DNA from: Geosiphon pyriformis uo1
Lineage: Eukaryota > Fungi > Glomeromycota
DNA length: 64,000 nt
Assembly: GCA_016748015.1 (NCBI GenBank)
Contig: JAAOMT010000657.1
Location: 1-64,000, forward strand
Direction: 5' to 3'
Shown here: in pieces, positions 38,208 to 50,988 of the stretch
Layout: the number at the start of each line of letters is the position of its first letter
How positions within the stretch are numbered: the stretch's first letter is position 1
Program-made: the position numbers and the translations under genes
The notes under the pieces: model-generated
Seen by the model: only the letters and a program-made list of their open reading frames with translations
Told to the model about the DNA's origin: nothing
Database searches by the model: none

Positions 38208-39600
38208 ATGAATACACAAAAATATCAACAACTCCAACACTATATTAATACTCAATTGTTCAAGGAGAAATTATCTCAAAAGGAACAAAACCAGATAAAA
38301 CAACAATTAAAATATTTCATCACATACCAGAATATACTTTATTGGAAAAACAGAAAAGAGCCTAATCAACTACTCAGAGTTATTACCAAGCCAGAAAAAG
38401 AGACAATATTATACAACATACACTCAGATCCCACAGCAGGACATTTTCATAAAGAAGCCACAATGGAAAGAGTCAGAAAAAGATACTATTGGCCATCAAT
38501 ATATTCAGACATCATTCAATACATTCAAAATTTTAATGCTTGCCAAAGAAGAAGAGGAACAAGGCCCAGTGAACCATTAAGACCAATCAAAGTGAGACAA
38601 CTATTTGATTGAATTGGAATTGACTTAGTTGGACCATTGACAATCACCAGCAGAGGAAACAGATACATAGCAGTAGCCATAGACTATCTTACCAAATGGC
38701 CAGAAGCAAAAGCAATTCAAAGAGCAGATGCAGAATCTGTTGCCAAATTTGTTTATCAAGATTTAATCTGTCAACATGAATGTCCAAAAAAATTACTTTC
38801 AGACCAAGGAACTTATTTTGTGAACAGAACATTAGCAGAATTAAGCCAAAAATTCGGAATTAAGAGGCCACTATCATCACCATACCATCCACAAACCAAC
38901 AGATTAGTTGAAAGGTTTAACAGAATATTGTGTGAAGTGATAGCCAAACTGAACCAAGAAAATCAAAATGATTGGGATTTGTTAATACCATCAGTATTAT
39001 TTGCTTATTAGACAATGAAACAAGATACTACACAAGCAACACCATTTGAGTTGGTATACGGTAGAACAGCAACACTACCAGTTGAGATAGAAGTCAACAT
39101 GTATTCAACAGAACCAATAACAGAAGACAATTTCCAAGAAACATTATTGAGAAGAACATATGATTTAATGGGAACTCTAGAAGACAAACAACAAAGAGCA
39201 GTTAATAACATACAAAAGTCACAAGAGAAACAAAAAGAAAGACATGATAACCAACTACCAGATAAACCAGTTGAATTCAGGATTGAAAACAAAGTACTAC
39301 TACATTGTACTAAAGCGGAAAAACAATGGAGTGAAAATTTTGATTCCAAATAGGACAGACCATTTCACATAGAAGAAATTCTAAGAAATAAAGCTTATAA
39401 ATTAAGATTAAACAACAAAATCTTGACCAAAGCAGCATATGGAGATCGACTGAAACCATACCACCATATAGCATCATCATCTACCAGTAATATTCTACAA
39501 TTAGGAGTACAGAAAATACTAGTCCAACCAGATGAGATTTCATGAGATCTGGAACCAATTATTATTATTAACAACAACACGTCCAATTGATCGACAAAAG
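38208..39600 (+). pseudogene. Integrase of E (separate ORF)
   Basis: MNTQKYQQLQHYI..., HSDPTAGH, DLVGP, LSDQG, ERFNR, GPF-like motif. Confidence 0.92.
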
Positions 39601-39643
39601 AATATATAAGAACATGATCAATGTGACAAAAGAGATCAGAAAA

Positions 39644-40273
39644 ATGGAAATTACAGACAAGATCCATTCACTAGCCCAACAAATTTTTTAATTAATCCAA
39701 TACCAGGAGATGGAAATTACAATCAATTAACAAACCATTTGTTACAAAAATACGGCAAAGATATCACAAAACAAAGCATAGAAAAGACTTGAAAATATTG
39801 TTGACAAAATCATTACAAAAGTAAAATTGGCAATAAAAGAATTGACAAAAGAGTCAATATACCAAGAGTTGATGAAAGAAACTTGGAATTGGTGGATACA
39901 ACAATTTCCAAAAAACTATTGTTATTTTTACTTAGGACAACATATAAATATCCAGAACTTATATACAGATAAAACAAAGCGGTTATTCAACACAACAATA
40001 CTACAACAACTAGAACATTTTGTGGGGAAAAACAACTTATTCACACAAGCTCGAGCTATATATCGAATACACACAGCATTTTAGAATCGACCAGAAATTC
40101 TATTCAACAAAGCAATGGATATGGTTACCAGTAATCAATTGGGAAAAATTACCAATGCTCAATTTAAAGAATTACAGACTCAAATAACACAAGTAATTTT
40201 CGAAAATGAAATTCAGAAAATACTTCAAGAGGGAGAATTAAAAGAATTGGATTTTGACGGAGCTCAATATTAA
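39644..40273 (+). pseudogene. ORF3 of E, unknown function
   Basis: AAAATGG start; NYCYFYLGQHINIQ; ends FDGAQY* overlapping the PPT. Confidence 0.78.
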
Positions 40274-40286
40274 AAGGAGTGAATAA

Positions 40287-41161
40287 TGTTACTCATAGAA
40301 ATATAGAAAATATATTAGCATGATTATTAGCCAATCAGAAGTAGACATAGTAAATAGAAAATTCCAAGATTCTTCTCAGGAATTGCAGGATTCCAAGAAT
40401 TCCAGAATTCTCACACAAGGAATTACAGGATTCCAGAATTCCAGGATTTCTCTTAAAGGAATCACAGAATTCCAGAAATTCCAGAATTCCTGTCATGAAG
40501 AATTGAGAAATTGAGAAATCTCAATTATATATATATAACAGTAGTATTAGAAGCTGAAAAGACATCTGAGTTTAGATTTAATCTAAGCAACCCTCCACAT
40601 CACAAATATCAATAAATAACTATTTTCATATCTCAATTTATCTTCTACTATCAATTTTATGTTGATAGTAATGAATACTTAACCACGCTAGAACAATAGC
40701 TCTTGATCACGACTATTGACGAGATACTAATCAAAATTGTTATGGCTCATTTCTTTATTTTATTTCTGTTTTCTTTATTTTTATTCTTTATTTCATTTTC
40801 TTTGTTGTTGTATACTAATTGATTAAAAGATTAAGCACTGAATTATTGATATTAAGGATAGCCTGGTAAAAGACCCAGAAATAAGAGTAGGATTTTATAT
40901 ATTATCGGATAGCTTACTAAAAAAGCATGACTGCCAGACTAAATCCGGCCACCATGCTGAAAAAAAAATTGGGAAAACTCTCGGAAGAATACAGCTACTA
41001 TTAATGCTATTGAATCTCTGTCCATTATACAAAGAACTCAACCAAAACCTTCAGATCACATAAAACCTTCAGAATTACCAACATCTACATTAAGATAACT
41101 TTTGAGCACCAAGTTATGGGTTTGTTATTTAGTTCAACAGCAGAAATAATCACCTGTAACA
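40287..41161 (+). repeat. 3' LTR of E
   Basis: Preceded by PPT AAAAGGAGTGAATAA; followed by the TSD. Confidence 0.95.
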
Positions 41162-41399
41162 CTGTGTAGATCAAAACAGTGCTGAAAAAATGCAATCCTA
41201 AAATTTTGGACAAGATTAACAAAAAAAAATCTGTAGAGAAATTTGATAAGCAAATGGACAATTCATTTAAAATAAACAAAAATATGGCCAATCTAGAAAA
41301 GACTGTAGAAAACATAGAAGACTCTAAACTAGGTCTATTAAGCAGAATACCAAGTCCAAGTTCAGGCCAACAGAGTAGCAAATTATTTGAGGAAAATGC

Positions 41400-42260
41400 T
41401 GTTACTTATAAAAAAAAACAGATATAGAACAATAGTAGGCCAATAAAAAAGCAGTAGTTAGCACATGAGCATATTGCTTAACAATATGAAACAATATCAG
41501 AAATCACAGCACATCACTCAGCAATATGGAGCAATGTTAAGAAAATATGGCACATTGCTCAGCAATGTGAACATTGCTTGAGAAATTATAGCACATTACT
41601 TGAAAATATGAGTGATTTTATAAAACCCAAATTATGTATATATAGTGGTAGTATTAAAAGTAAAAAAGACAGACCTCCTAGTTTAGATTTAATTTAAGCA
41701 ACCTTTTCATTTACAAATATCAATAAATAATTATTCACTATCTTAATTCACTCTCCACTATCAACACTTTATGTTGATAACAATTGATACTTAACCATAC
41801 TAGAACAATAGCTCTTAATTATGGCTATTGATAGGATACTAACTTGCAATTGCATTGACTTATTTCTTTATTTTTTTTATTTTTTTTATTTTCTTTTCTT
41901 TGATTTTATTGTTGTGTACTAAATTGATTAAGAGGATTAAAGCACTGAATTATTGACATTACGGATAGCCTGATAAAAGACCCAGAAATAAGGGTAGAAT
42001 TATATATATTAACAGACAGCTTACCAGAAGGGCACAACTGCCAGATTAAACTGGCCGCCATGCTAAAGACAGAAATTGGAAAAACAACTTGAGAAAAACA
42101 ACTTAAACTAACCATAGTGAATCTTTGTCTATTCTATAAAGAACTCTGCAACAAACTTTCAGATCCACCAAATCTTCAGATATCAACACCAGAATACCAA
42201 ACCAGCACCAAGTTATGGATTTGTTATTTGACTTAAGACCCCAAATAATCATCTGTAACA
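41400..42260 (+). repeat. 5' LTR of F
   Basis: TGTTAC...GTAACA; palindromic U3 array; homologous to the C LTRs. Confidence 0.92.
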
Positions 42261-42322
42261 TTTGGTGCTTTCTGTAAAATATAATCCTACAGAGAACCAG
42301 CACCAACAGCAATCATCCAAAA

Positions 42323-45300
42323 GTGGCAGAATCAGAAATCATAGGGACAAACCATTTAGGATTCACCAAATTTTTGTTTTAACAGTATAGTCAACAATTA
42401 GGATTAAACAATAATCATTTCCCAGCAGAATCAGCCTTTAACTTCTATGTCAATAATAAAATCATAGACTGCTTAGGAGGAACAGTTGACATTGAATCTG
42501 CAAAAGAAAACTTCTATACAGAATTATTTCAACCTACCAGTTTACCAAGAAACTACAGTTTTGCACCAATTATCAGGAAAATCAATCAAACCATTGAAAG
42601 ATACATGCAACAACAATTTCCCATTACCTATATAAATAAAGACAAAGGAAAGTTGCAAACACTAGCAGTGATACCAAAACAAATACAACCTTCTACTTGG
42701 AAGAAAACCAGAGTTGAATTACCAGTAAACCTATTATACCATTATACACCTGGAAGCACCATTAACATTACATCAACAAGCACATCTACATCAACTATGA
42801 CATCAACATTTGAACAATTCCCATTCCAGAATAAACAAAGAAAAGAAGATCTTCTAAGACCATATAGTGTGTATTTTGAAAGATTCAAGTCATGATTACC
42901 AACACCATTAGGACTTTGATCTCTACCACCCCAACCCGATTTCAGAACTGTGAATTCTTAAGAAATAACAGAATTAGAAGGAGAACAAGAAAAAGAGGAA
43001 GAAGAATCTGAAGATCAAGAATTTACTTACCAGAACTCGATCCCAGAAAACCCAGAAATTGAAACCCCGAACTTACAAATTCAGCAAAATCTAAACTTGA
43101 AAAATCTGGAAATCGGAACTCTGAATATTCAAACACCACCAAATCAAGACAATCCAAACTCTGAGTTAATTAATCAGCAAAACTTACCTCCAATAATTGT
43201 CATGGATCAGCCACCAGCTGAACCAATCCAACTGCAACAAATACCATTACAACAACTACAACAGTCACTTTAACAGTCATAACAACAACTTCAACAACCA
43301 AACTTGGATTCAATGGCCAATGTTCCAATAGCAAAACTTGAGAAATTTACCGGTGAAGAAGATGACACCCAAATATGGCTTAACAATATTGAAAAAGCCA
43401 TTGCAGTCAATGGATGGAACAACTAGAGAACACTCCAAGCTATCTTCTATTTTTTATAGAATACTGCCAACTCATGGTATCAAAGCTTAGTCACCAAATT
43501 CCAAACATTCCAGAAATTTAAAATCACATTCTTCGAATACTTCAGTAATAATAATAGCATTAACTGATTGGCAAACACTTTCACTACCATTAAGCAAGAA
43601 GAAAATGAAGCAGTCACTATTTATTTAGGATGCTTCCACAGAAATCTATACAGACTGATTATTTCACAGCACCACAAATTTTGAATCAATTTATTAGAGG
43701 CCTGCACAGCAGCATTCTTTAATGTGTATGCCCAATGCATCCAGCAGACTTTCAAGCTGCAGTTACAAATGTCAGAGATTTTAAAGCAGCTAAACTCAAA
43801 ACCAATCATGCCAAGTCATAAACCTAGTAATGAATAGATTATCTGACTTGAATTCCAAACTGAAGCAATTAAGTGACTCACTCAATCAGAAATTAGAAGA
43901 GTACTTAGTTAATAACAATCAAGCCATTTATCAACCTCCCCAATAACACAACAATCCAGGAAACGGAAATTGATTCCAAAATTAGTTGCGTCTAGCATCT
44001 TCCACAACTAATCAACAGTGGCAGCAGGAAACATGCACTTGCCACTATTGTGGTAAACAAGGCCACTTGCAAATCAATTGCTGTCAACATTTAAATAACC
44101 AACAATTGGGAAATTAATATCAAAATCCCAATTGCCAGATTCAAATTCCAAATCATCAATCAAACCCAGCTCTATATCAACCAAATTACCTACCAATGAT
44201 GCAGTTGTTGTATCAAACCCCAATGATGCAGCAATTATACTCACCTCCAGTCTATCAGTTTCTAGCATTAATTTATCAACCACAGTCCCAACCCATTTAT
44301 CAGCCGCAGTCTCAGGTAATTTATTAGTCCCAACAAAATCAAACACCACTCTAGTGCTTACCTTAAAATGGAACTCAAAGGCCAAAACTGACACAACAAA
44401 GCTGAAGATCATTGATAGTAGTCCATCAACCAATCTCCAGTTTCTCGAACCAGCCATTAGGATCTTGACAATGGAATTCGGGCACTGAATACACCCAAAA
44501 TCCGAATTCCCAACCCTATTTAAGTCTACTAGTTACCCCAAAAGATGCCCAATCTAATAATCTGGAAACCAACCAACAACCAACACTTACCAGCAATATT
44601 CTACCAGCTACCATCACCAAAAACAAATCACTGGATGCAATCTTCCCATTTGAACTTAAGGAACTGTTGGCCATACTGTTGTTTAGTAGAGCTATCCTTG
44701 AGGAAAAACCTATTACAGTCATGTACACTGATGCCAAAGTCGATGGCCACCTCATCAAACTGATCCTAGACAGTGAATTAGCTGGCAGTATCATCACAAG
44801 ACAACTCATGGACTAATTAGGTCACCAAGTTAATCGAGCTGCCAGCACCAGAATTATAACAGCCAATAGGATGACTAAAACTCCAATTGGCAAGGTTGAC
44901 AATCTACTCATTAAAATCAATGACATCATAGTACTCATTAAATCCCTAGTAATAGAAGCAACACAGTACTAAGCACTAGTTGGTAATAACTGGCTAGTCA
45001 AAACAAATGCCATGCTAAACTGGAACATGCAGGAGCTTCAACTTAGCCAGAACGGTTGACACACCTACGTACCAGCCACGTGTGGTCATTTTAAAACTAC
45101 CAACACACCAGCACCTCTTATTGAATTCAAAGAAGAAGAGAAGAAATCTACCTGGGAGGCATACCAAGTCTTGTGGGCCAATAAAAATCACAACAAGTTA
45201 CTACTGATACTTTCATGGGGCAACAATGGGAAAGGAAAGAAAAAAGAAGAATCTATCTGGAATTCCAACCAAGTCTGGAGAACTAACGACAACCAGAAAG

Positions 45301-48300
45301 AGGTAATAAATTGGAAATAGGAAGAAAAAACAAAAGAAAAAGAAAAGAGAAAGGAAAAAGGATCAATATTTACCAGCATCACCACTTATAATTCCTACAT
45401 TATACCACACCAATCTGCTTATTACCACCCAAAACTAATATGCATTAATTGTGGTGTTACCAGTGGAATTTTAGCTACTAATTAGCATGAAATTATCTTC
45501 ATAATTTTTATTATTAAGTAGCATATTATTATTATTTCAATTATCACTTATTAATTAACCAAATTATCAAATATTATTACTCAATCAATAACCCAATTTG
45601 TACTATAGAAATTAAGATGATCAAATTACACAATACTTTGAACCATTTAATATAGTCAAAATTTGCTGAAATTAATAGAAAAATTGCCGAAATAATTAAT
45701 AATTTGTAGAAATAACTTGTAGTTTGCCGAAATGTATCTTGAGTTCACCCAAATTGTAGAAAAGAGAAAAGTGCAAGTTCAAAAACTAGTACTATAACAA
45801 GTTGTATAAAAAAAGAGCTTCTCTTTTCAAGAAAATATATTCTTTTTCTATATCTTCTCATAGTATTTTACCATAACATCCTACTTTAGATATTTTAATT
45901 GAAACAAATTACCTTTTATATATTCAAATAAAAATTAAATATTTAAAAAACAAATCCTTAAAATTATTATACTTGAAACTCCCTTAACACAACTAACGTT
46001 TTGAAATTGATTAGCTACCAATTTCAATAAATTGTTAGGAACTCCAGGCCTAAATAGAAAACGTTTCTCTTAATAAAATTCTATTTCTTTTACATTTCTT
46101 TTATTTTTCTTTTATTTTCTTATTATAATTATTAGAATAGCCTACAGACAAGATTTCTGTAGAAGAGTTGACTTTCACAGCAAAGTAACTACACATTTTT
46201 AGTGAGCTTTCAGATGAGCAATTCCTGAGAAAGAGTTGACATTTACTACAACATAACTACATAAAGTAACTGGTAAGGGATTGGTCATTTCACTTATAAG
46301 TCCAGCAGTTCAAATTATAAGAGATAATTTAAAGATAAATTCAGTTATTGGAGGTCCAACTACTTTCTAGAAACATGAATTTACAATAAACAGACATTAA
46401 CAACATTTAAAAAAAGAGACCAAAAACCTCCGGTAACAGCAGTAAGAAATTGTCGTCAATGGGCACCTGCTGTGGTAACAATGAGGAATACCAAATGGCA
46501 ACCAAGTTCTATTATCACTTATGTGTTATAGAACGTTTCAGAAGACCAAAACAAGTGGGAAAATGGGATAATAAGCTGTGCTTGGCTTGTGGGGAAACTT
46601 TTCTTGACAAAGGAATGTGGAATGACATTTCTGGAAGAGAAGAAACATGTGACAAATCATTTTAATACACAATTTTCATAAGTGACTGGATGAGAAAAAA
46701 AACACTTATAAAAGTCACTTGGAGATGTACAGTCAAGCGATTGAACAGATGTCCACATAATGATGATGAAATCTGGTGAATAGCACTTACCAAAATCGAA
46801 AGAGTGTCACCAGAAAAAATAAAAACAATTAAAAATAACCCACCTGAACCTATAGAACTCGACTGGGACCCAGAACCAGTCATAAATCTACTAGATCCGA
46901 AACAATTCCATGAACACTATCAGGAATTAGCACTCACTAGAGAGAAACAAGAGCAACAGTTGGAAGAAATCAACACTTGACTATGTGACTATTGTTTAAT
47001 TTTCTGTGACTTTCAATATTGTAATGAATGTGACCTCATTTACAATCCACCAATCTGCATGATCTACACAATCCCAGAGGAAGAAGAACCAATTAGCAGC
47101 TGTGCATCAAAATTGGAATCAAATTTCAATCTCAATTCAAACTTCGACAACAATGATAACAAAAACAATGGTTCCAGCTCTGCTCCAAATAACAACAAAA
47201 ATTATGATGATTCAAACTCCAATTCAAACTCTAAAACATTTATTGCACTTCCTGACCTCACCAAGGAACAGAAATTTAAATGATTTAGCAATAGTGGTGA
47301 AGGTATCATGCCAGAATGCGCACATGATATGAATGCAGAGTTTGATCTAAGATATCTAGGAAAAGATCTCATCAAATTGGAACCATATTTGCACACTTGT
47401 ATTGATCTTAAAATAGCACTGGAAATTCCAGTAACTACCATGGTTCAATTAACATCTAGAAGTAGTTTAGCAAAAAAGGGAATTAACATCAAAGGAGGAA
47501 TAATTGATGCAAGATATGTAGGAAATATCATTGTTATGCTACAAAATAACTCAGAAAAGACCTATACTATAGAGCCAAATGAAAAGATAGCACAGACAAT
47601 ATTCCTACCTCTGGTGAAAATAGCTCAGTTAGTGTTAGTAAAAAGCAAGAAAGAATTAGGAATAACAGCAAAAGGAATACAGGAATTTGGATCAACAAGT
47701 AGAATAGATGTATTAATTAATATAGCAGAGGAAGAGATTATTGACAAAGGAGAAATTATCTCAACCCATTAATCAATTTCTATTCCACCATATGACCAGT
47801 ATATATTAGCCATAAAAAGAGAAATAAAAAATCAAGCTCAGTTGCTTAAAGCAGAAGCCACTATTTGTGAATCAGGAGAGATTGGACTCACTAATTTTTA
47901 CATATCAGCCAAAAGCCCCAAAAACATTAAAATTTCTATCTACAACACAATGGAAAATGTCATTGAGATACCAAAGAAAATCATCATTGGATATTTAAAC
48001 ACTGAAGTTGAGGATCAACCACTAGACTATATTCCAAATTTTCCACAGCTTTGCAGATATGTGGACATCACATCACAAATCATCTATGGGTAAAGTGAAT
48101 GTTATCTGCTCCAATTAGAACAATTGGAACAGATAAACATAAAAAATCTAAACCCACTCCAACAGATACAACTAAGGATGTTATTCAGCAATTTCAATGA
48201 CATTTTTGCTAGCAAAAATAAATTTGGCCATATCAACATCATCCAATATCAGATTAAGACTGGAGATGCAATGCCAATTAAGCAAAGAGTACTACCAGCT

Positions 48301-49519
48301 AGTCATAAAATCATTCATCAAGAAATCAATCAGATGTTTGACAATGGGTTAATTCAGCCATTAATGAGTCCATGGTCATCACCAGTAGTATTAGTCTGAA
48401 AGAAAAATGGAAAAATCTGCTTTTGTGTGGATTACTAGAAACTGAATAAAGTCATCAAAGGAAACAGCTATTGAACTCCAAAGATCCAAGAACTATTTGA
48501 CGCTTTTGAAAGAAATAAATGGTTCTCAACACTAGATTTAGATAGTGGTTACTGGCAAGTAGCCATGGATCCAGCTGACAAAAAGAAAACAGCATTTACC
48601 ACAAGAGAGGGAAATTTTGAGTTTGAAGTCATGCCATTTGGCTTGATGAATGTCCCAACAACATTCCAATGACTCATAAAAATTGTTTATACTGGATTAC
48701 TGTGAAAATCAGTAGTTGTTTACTTAGATAACACAAATGTGTTCTCAAAAACAATTGACAATCATCTGCACCATTTCCAACAAGTATTTGAAAGACTCAG
48801 ATGAGCAGGATTGAAACTAAATGCCAACAAATGCTTCTTTGGAAAAACAGAACTAAAATTCTTGGGACATGTTGTAAGTAAAGATGGCATCAAAACAGAT
48901 TCAGACAAGATTAAAGCTGTCAAGAACTTTCCAGTATCAAACAATCTCACAGAGCTAAGAGCATTCTTGGAATTTGCAGGGTACTATTACCACTTTATCA
49001 AAGACTTTTCTAAACTGGCCCAGCCACTCCATCATTTACAAACTAAGAATGTGAAATATGAATAGACAGAAGCTCAACAAAAAGCATTTAACACACTAAG
49101 AAAAAAGCTTATTCAAGCTCCAGTGTTGATGTATCCAGATCACAATAAACCATTCATTATCACCACTGATGCATTAGGCCAGGCATTGTGAGCAGTACTA
49201 TCACAGAAAGAACCAGATGGAAGAGAACATCCAGTAGCTTATGCCAGTAGAAGCTTAAGTCCAGCTGAAAAGAACTATGGAACACTAGTATTAGAACACT
49301 TAGCAATCTATTGGGCAGTCATGAAATAGAAAGAATACTTGAGCCAAAAGTTTGAAATATACACAGATCACAAAGGATTCACTTCAATTCAGAAGCAAAA
49401 ATTTGGAAACAATCACTATGTCAGATGGAAAATAGAACTTTTACCATTCAATTATACAGTACATTATAAAAAAAGACAATAGAAATGCTGACAGTTTGTC
49501 GTGAATGAGACAAATCTAA
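42323..49519 (+). pseudogene. ORF1 of F (gag-PR-Cys-dUTPase-RT-RH), interrupted at 45455-46438
   Basis: dUTPase ORF 47308-47772 (GGIIDARYVG, EFGSTS); RT fragments 48124-49065; ends MRQI*. Confidence 0.9.
45455..46438 (+). mobile_element. Solo LTR of family A (984 bp)
   Basis: TGTTAC...GTAACA; reverse-complement match to 6796-7774; flanks GTGG/GCAG rejoin the C-G-K-K codons. Confidence 0.92.
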
Positions 49520-49550
49520 AAACACTTTAAACCCAAAAATATAACAAAAA

Positions 49551-50930
49551 ATGAATATACAAAAATACCAACAACTTCAACATTATATAAATACCCAACT
49601 GTTTAAGGAGAAATTATCTCAAAAAGAACAAAACAACATAAAACAACAATCAAAATATTTTATTAATTATCAAAATATACTTTACTGAAAAAACAGAAGA
49701 ACTCCAGACCAGCCAACAAGAGTAATTACAGAACCAGAAAAAGAGACAATATTGTTTAACATGCACTCAGATCCAACAGCAGGACATTTTTATAAAGAAG
49801 CAACCATAGAAAGAATTAGAAAAAGATACTATTGGCCATCAATGTATCCAGACATCATCTAATATGTTCAAAATTATGATGCTTGTCAGAGAAAAGAAGG
49901 AACAAAAACCCAGTAAACTATTGAGACCAATCAAAGTAGAACAACTATTTGATCACATTAGAATTGACTTAGTCAGACTATTAACAATCACCAGCAAAGG
50001 CAACAGATATATTGCAATAGCCATGAACTATCTTACTAAATGGCCAGAAGCAAAAGCCATTTAAAAAGCAGATGCAGAATCTGTTGCTGAATTTGTTCAT
50101 CAAGATCTGATCTGTTAACACAGATGTCTAAAAGAATTATTATTGGATCAAGAAACTTACTTTGTAAATAGAACATTAGCAGAATTAAGCCAAAAATTTG
50201 AAATAAAAAGACCACTATTATTACCATACCATCCACAAACAAATAAGTTAGTTGAAAAGTTCAACAGAATACTGTGTGAAGCAATAGCCAAAATTAGCCA
50301 AGAAAACCAGGACAAATAGAATTTGTTTATAACATCAGTATTATTTGCTTATCAAACAATAAAACAAGATACCACACAAGCAACACCATTTGAATTGGTA
50401 TATAATAGAACAGCAATATTACCAGTTGAGATAGAGGTTAATACATATCCAACTGAATCAATAACAGAAGATAATTTCCAAGAAACACTGTTGAGAAGAA
50501 CATATGACTTAATAGAAACACTAGAAAACAGACAATGAAAAGCAGCTAATAACATCTAAAAGTCACAAAAAAAACAAAAAAAACAACATGATAACTAACT
50601 ACCAGATAAACCAGTTAAATTCAAGATTAAAGACAAAGTACTATTACATTGTACCAAAGCGGAAAAACCATGGAGTAGAAAATTTGACCCCAAATAGGAC
50701 AGATCATTTTACATAGAAAAAATTCTAGGAAATGAAGCTTATAAGTTAAGATGAAACAACAAAATCTTAGCCAAAGCAGCACATGGTAATTGACTGAAAC
50801 CATATCACCAAATAGCATCATCATCTACCAATAGCATTCCACAACTGGGAATACAAAGAATACTAGTTCAACCAGATGAGATTCCATGAGATCTGGAACC
50901 AATCATAGTTATTGAACCAAACACATTAAA
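49551..50930 (+). pseudogene. Integrase of F (separate ORF)
   Basis: MNIQKYQQLQHYI...; colinear with the E integrase. Confidence 0.88.
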
Positions 50931-50988
50931 TTAAACAACCAAAAAGTATATAAAGACACAGTACATGCAACAAAAGCAACCAAGAAAA

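Larger units (their letters stand above)
31054..41161 (+). mobile_element. Full-length (10.1 kb) Ty3/Gypsy LTR retrotransposon E, dUTPase-encoding, decayed
   Basis: Perfect TSD CTGT (31050-53 / 41162-65); LTRs 31054-31931 and 40287-41161; PBS at 31934; PPT 40272-40286. Confidence 0.96.

Noticed and set aside
40257-40267. Pairing of the pre-PPT GGAGC motif with the PBS (GCTCC)
   Set aside because: Only 5-6 bp, and D keeps the motif despite having a different PBS
39644-40273. ORF3 as an env gene
   Set aside because: Only ~210 aa, with no visible signal peptide, furin site/fusion peptide or TM anchor
41465-41612. CRISPR-like palindromic repeats with spacers
   Set aside because: Only 3-4 units, the linkers are similar to each other, they lie inside LTR U3, there are no cas genes, and the context is eukaryotic
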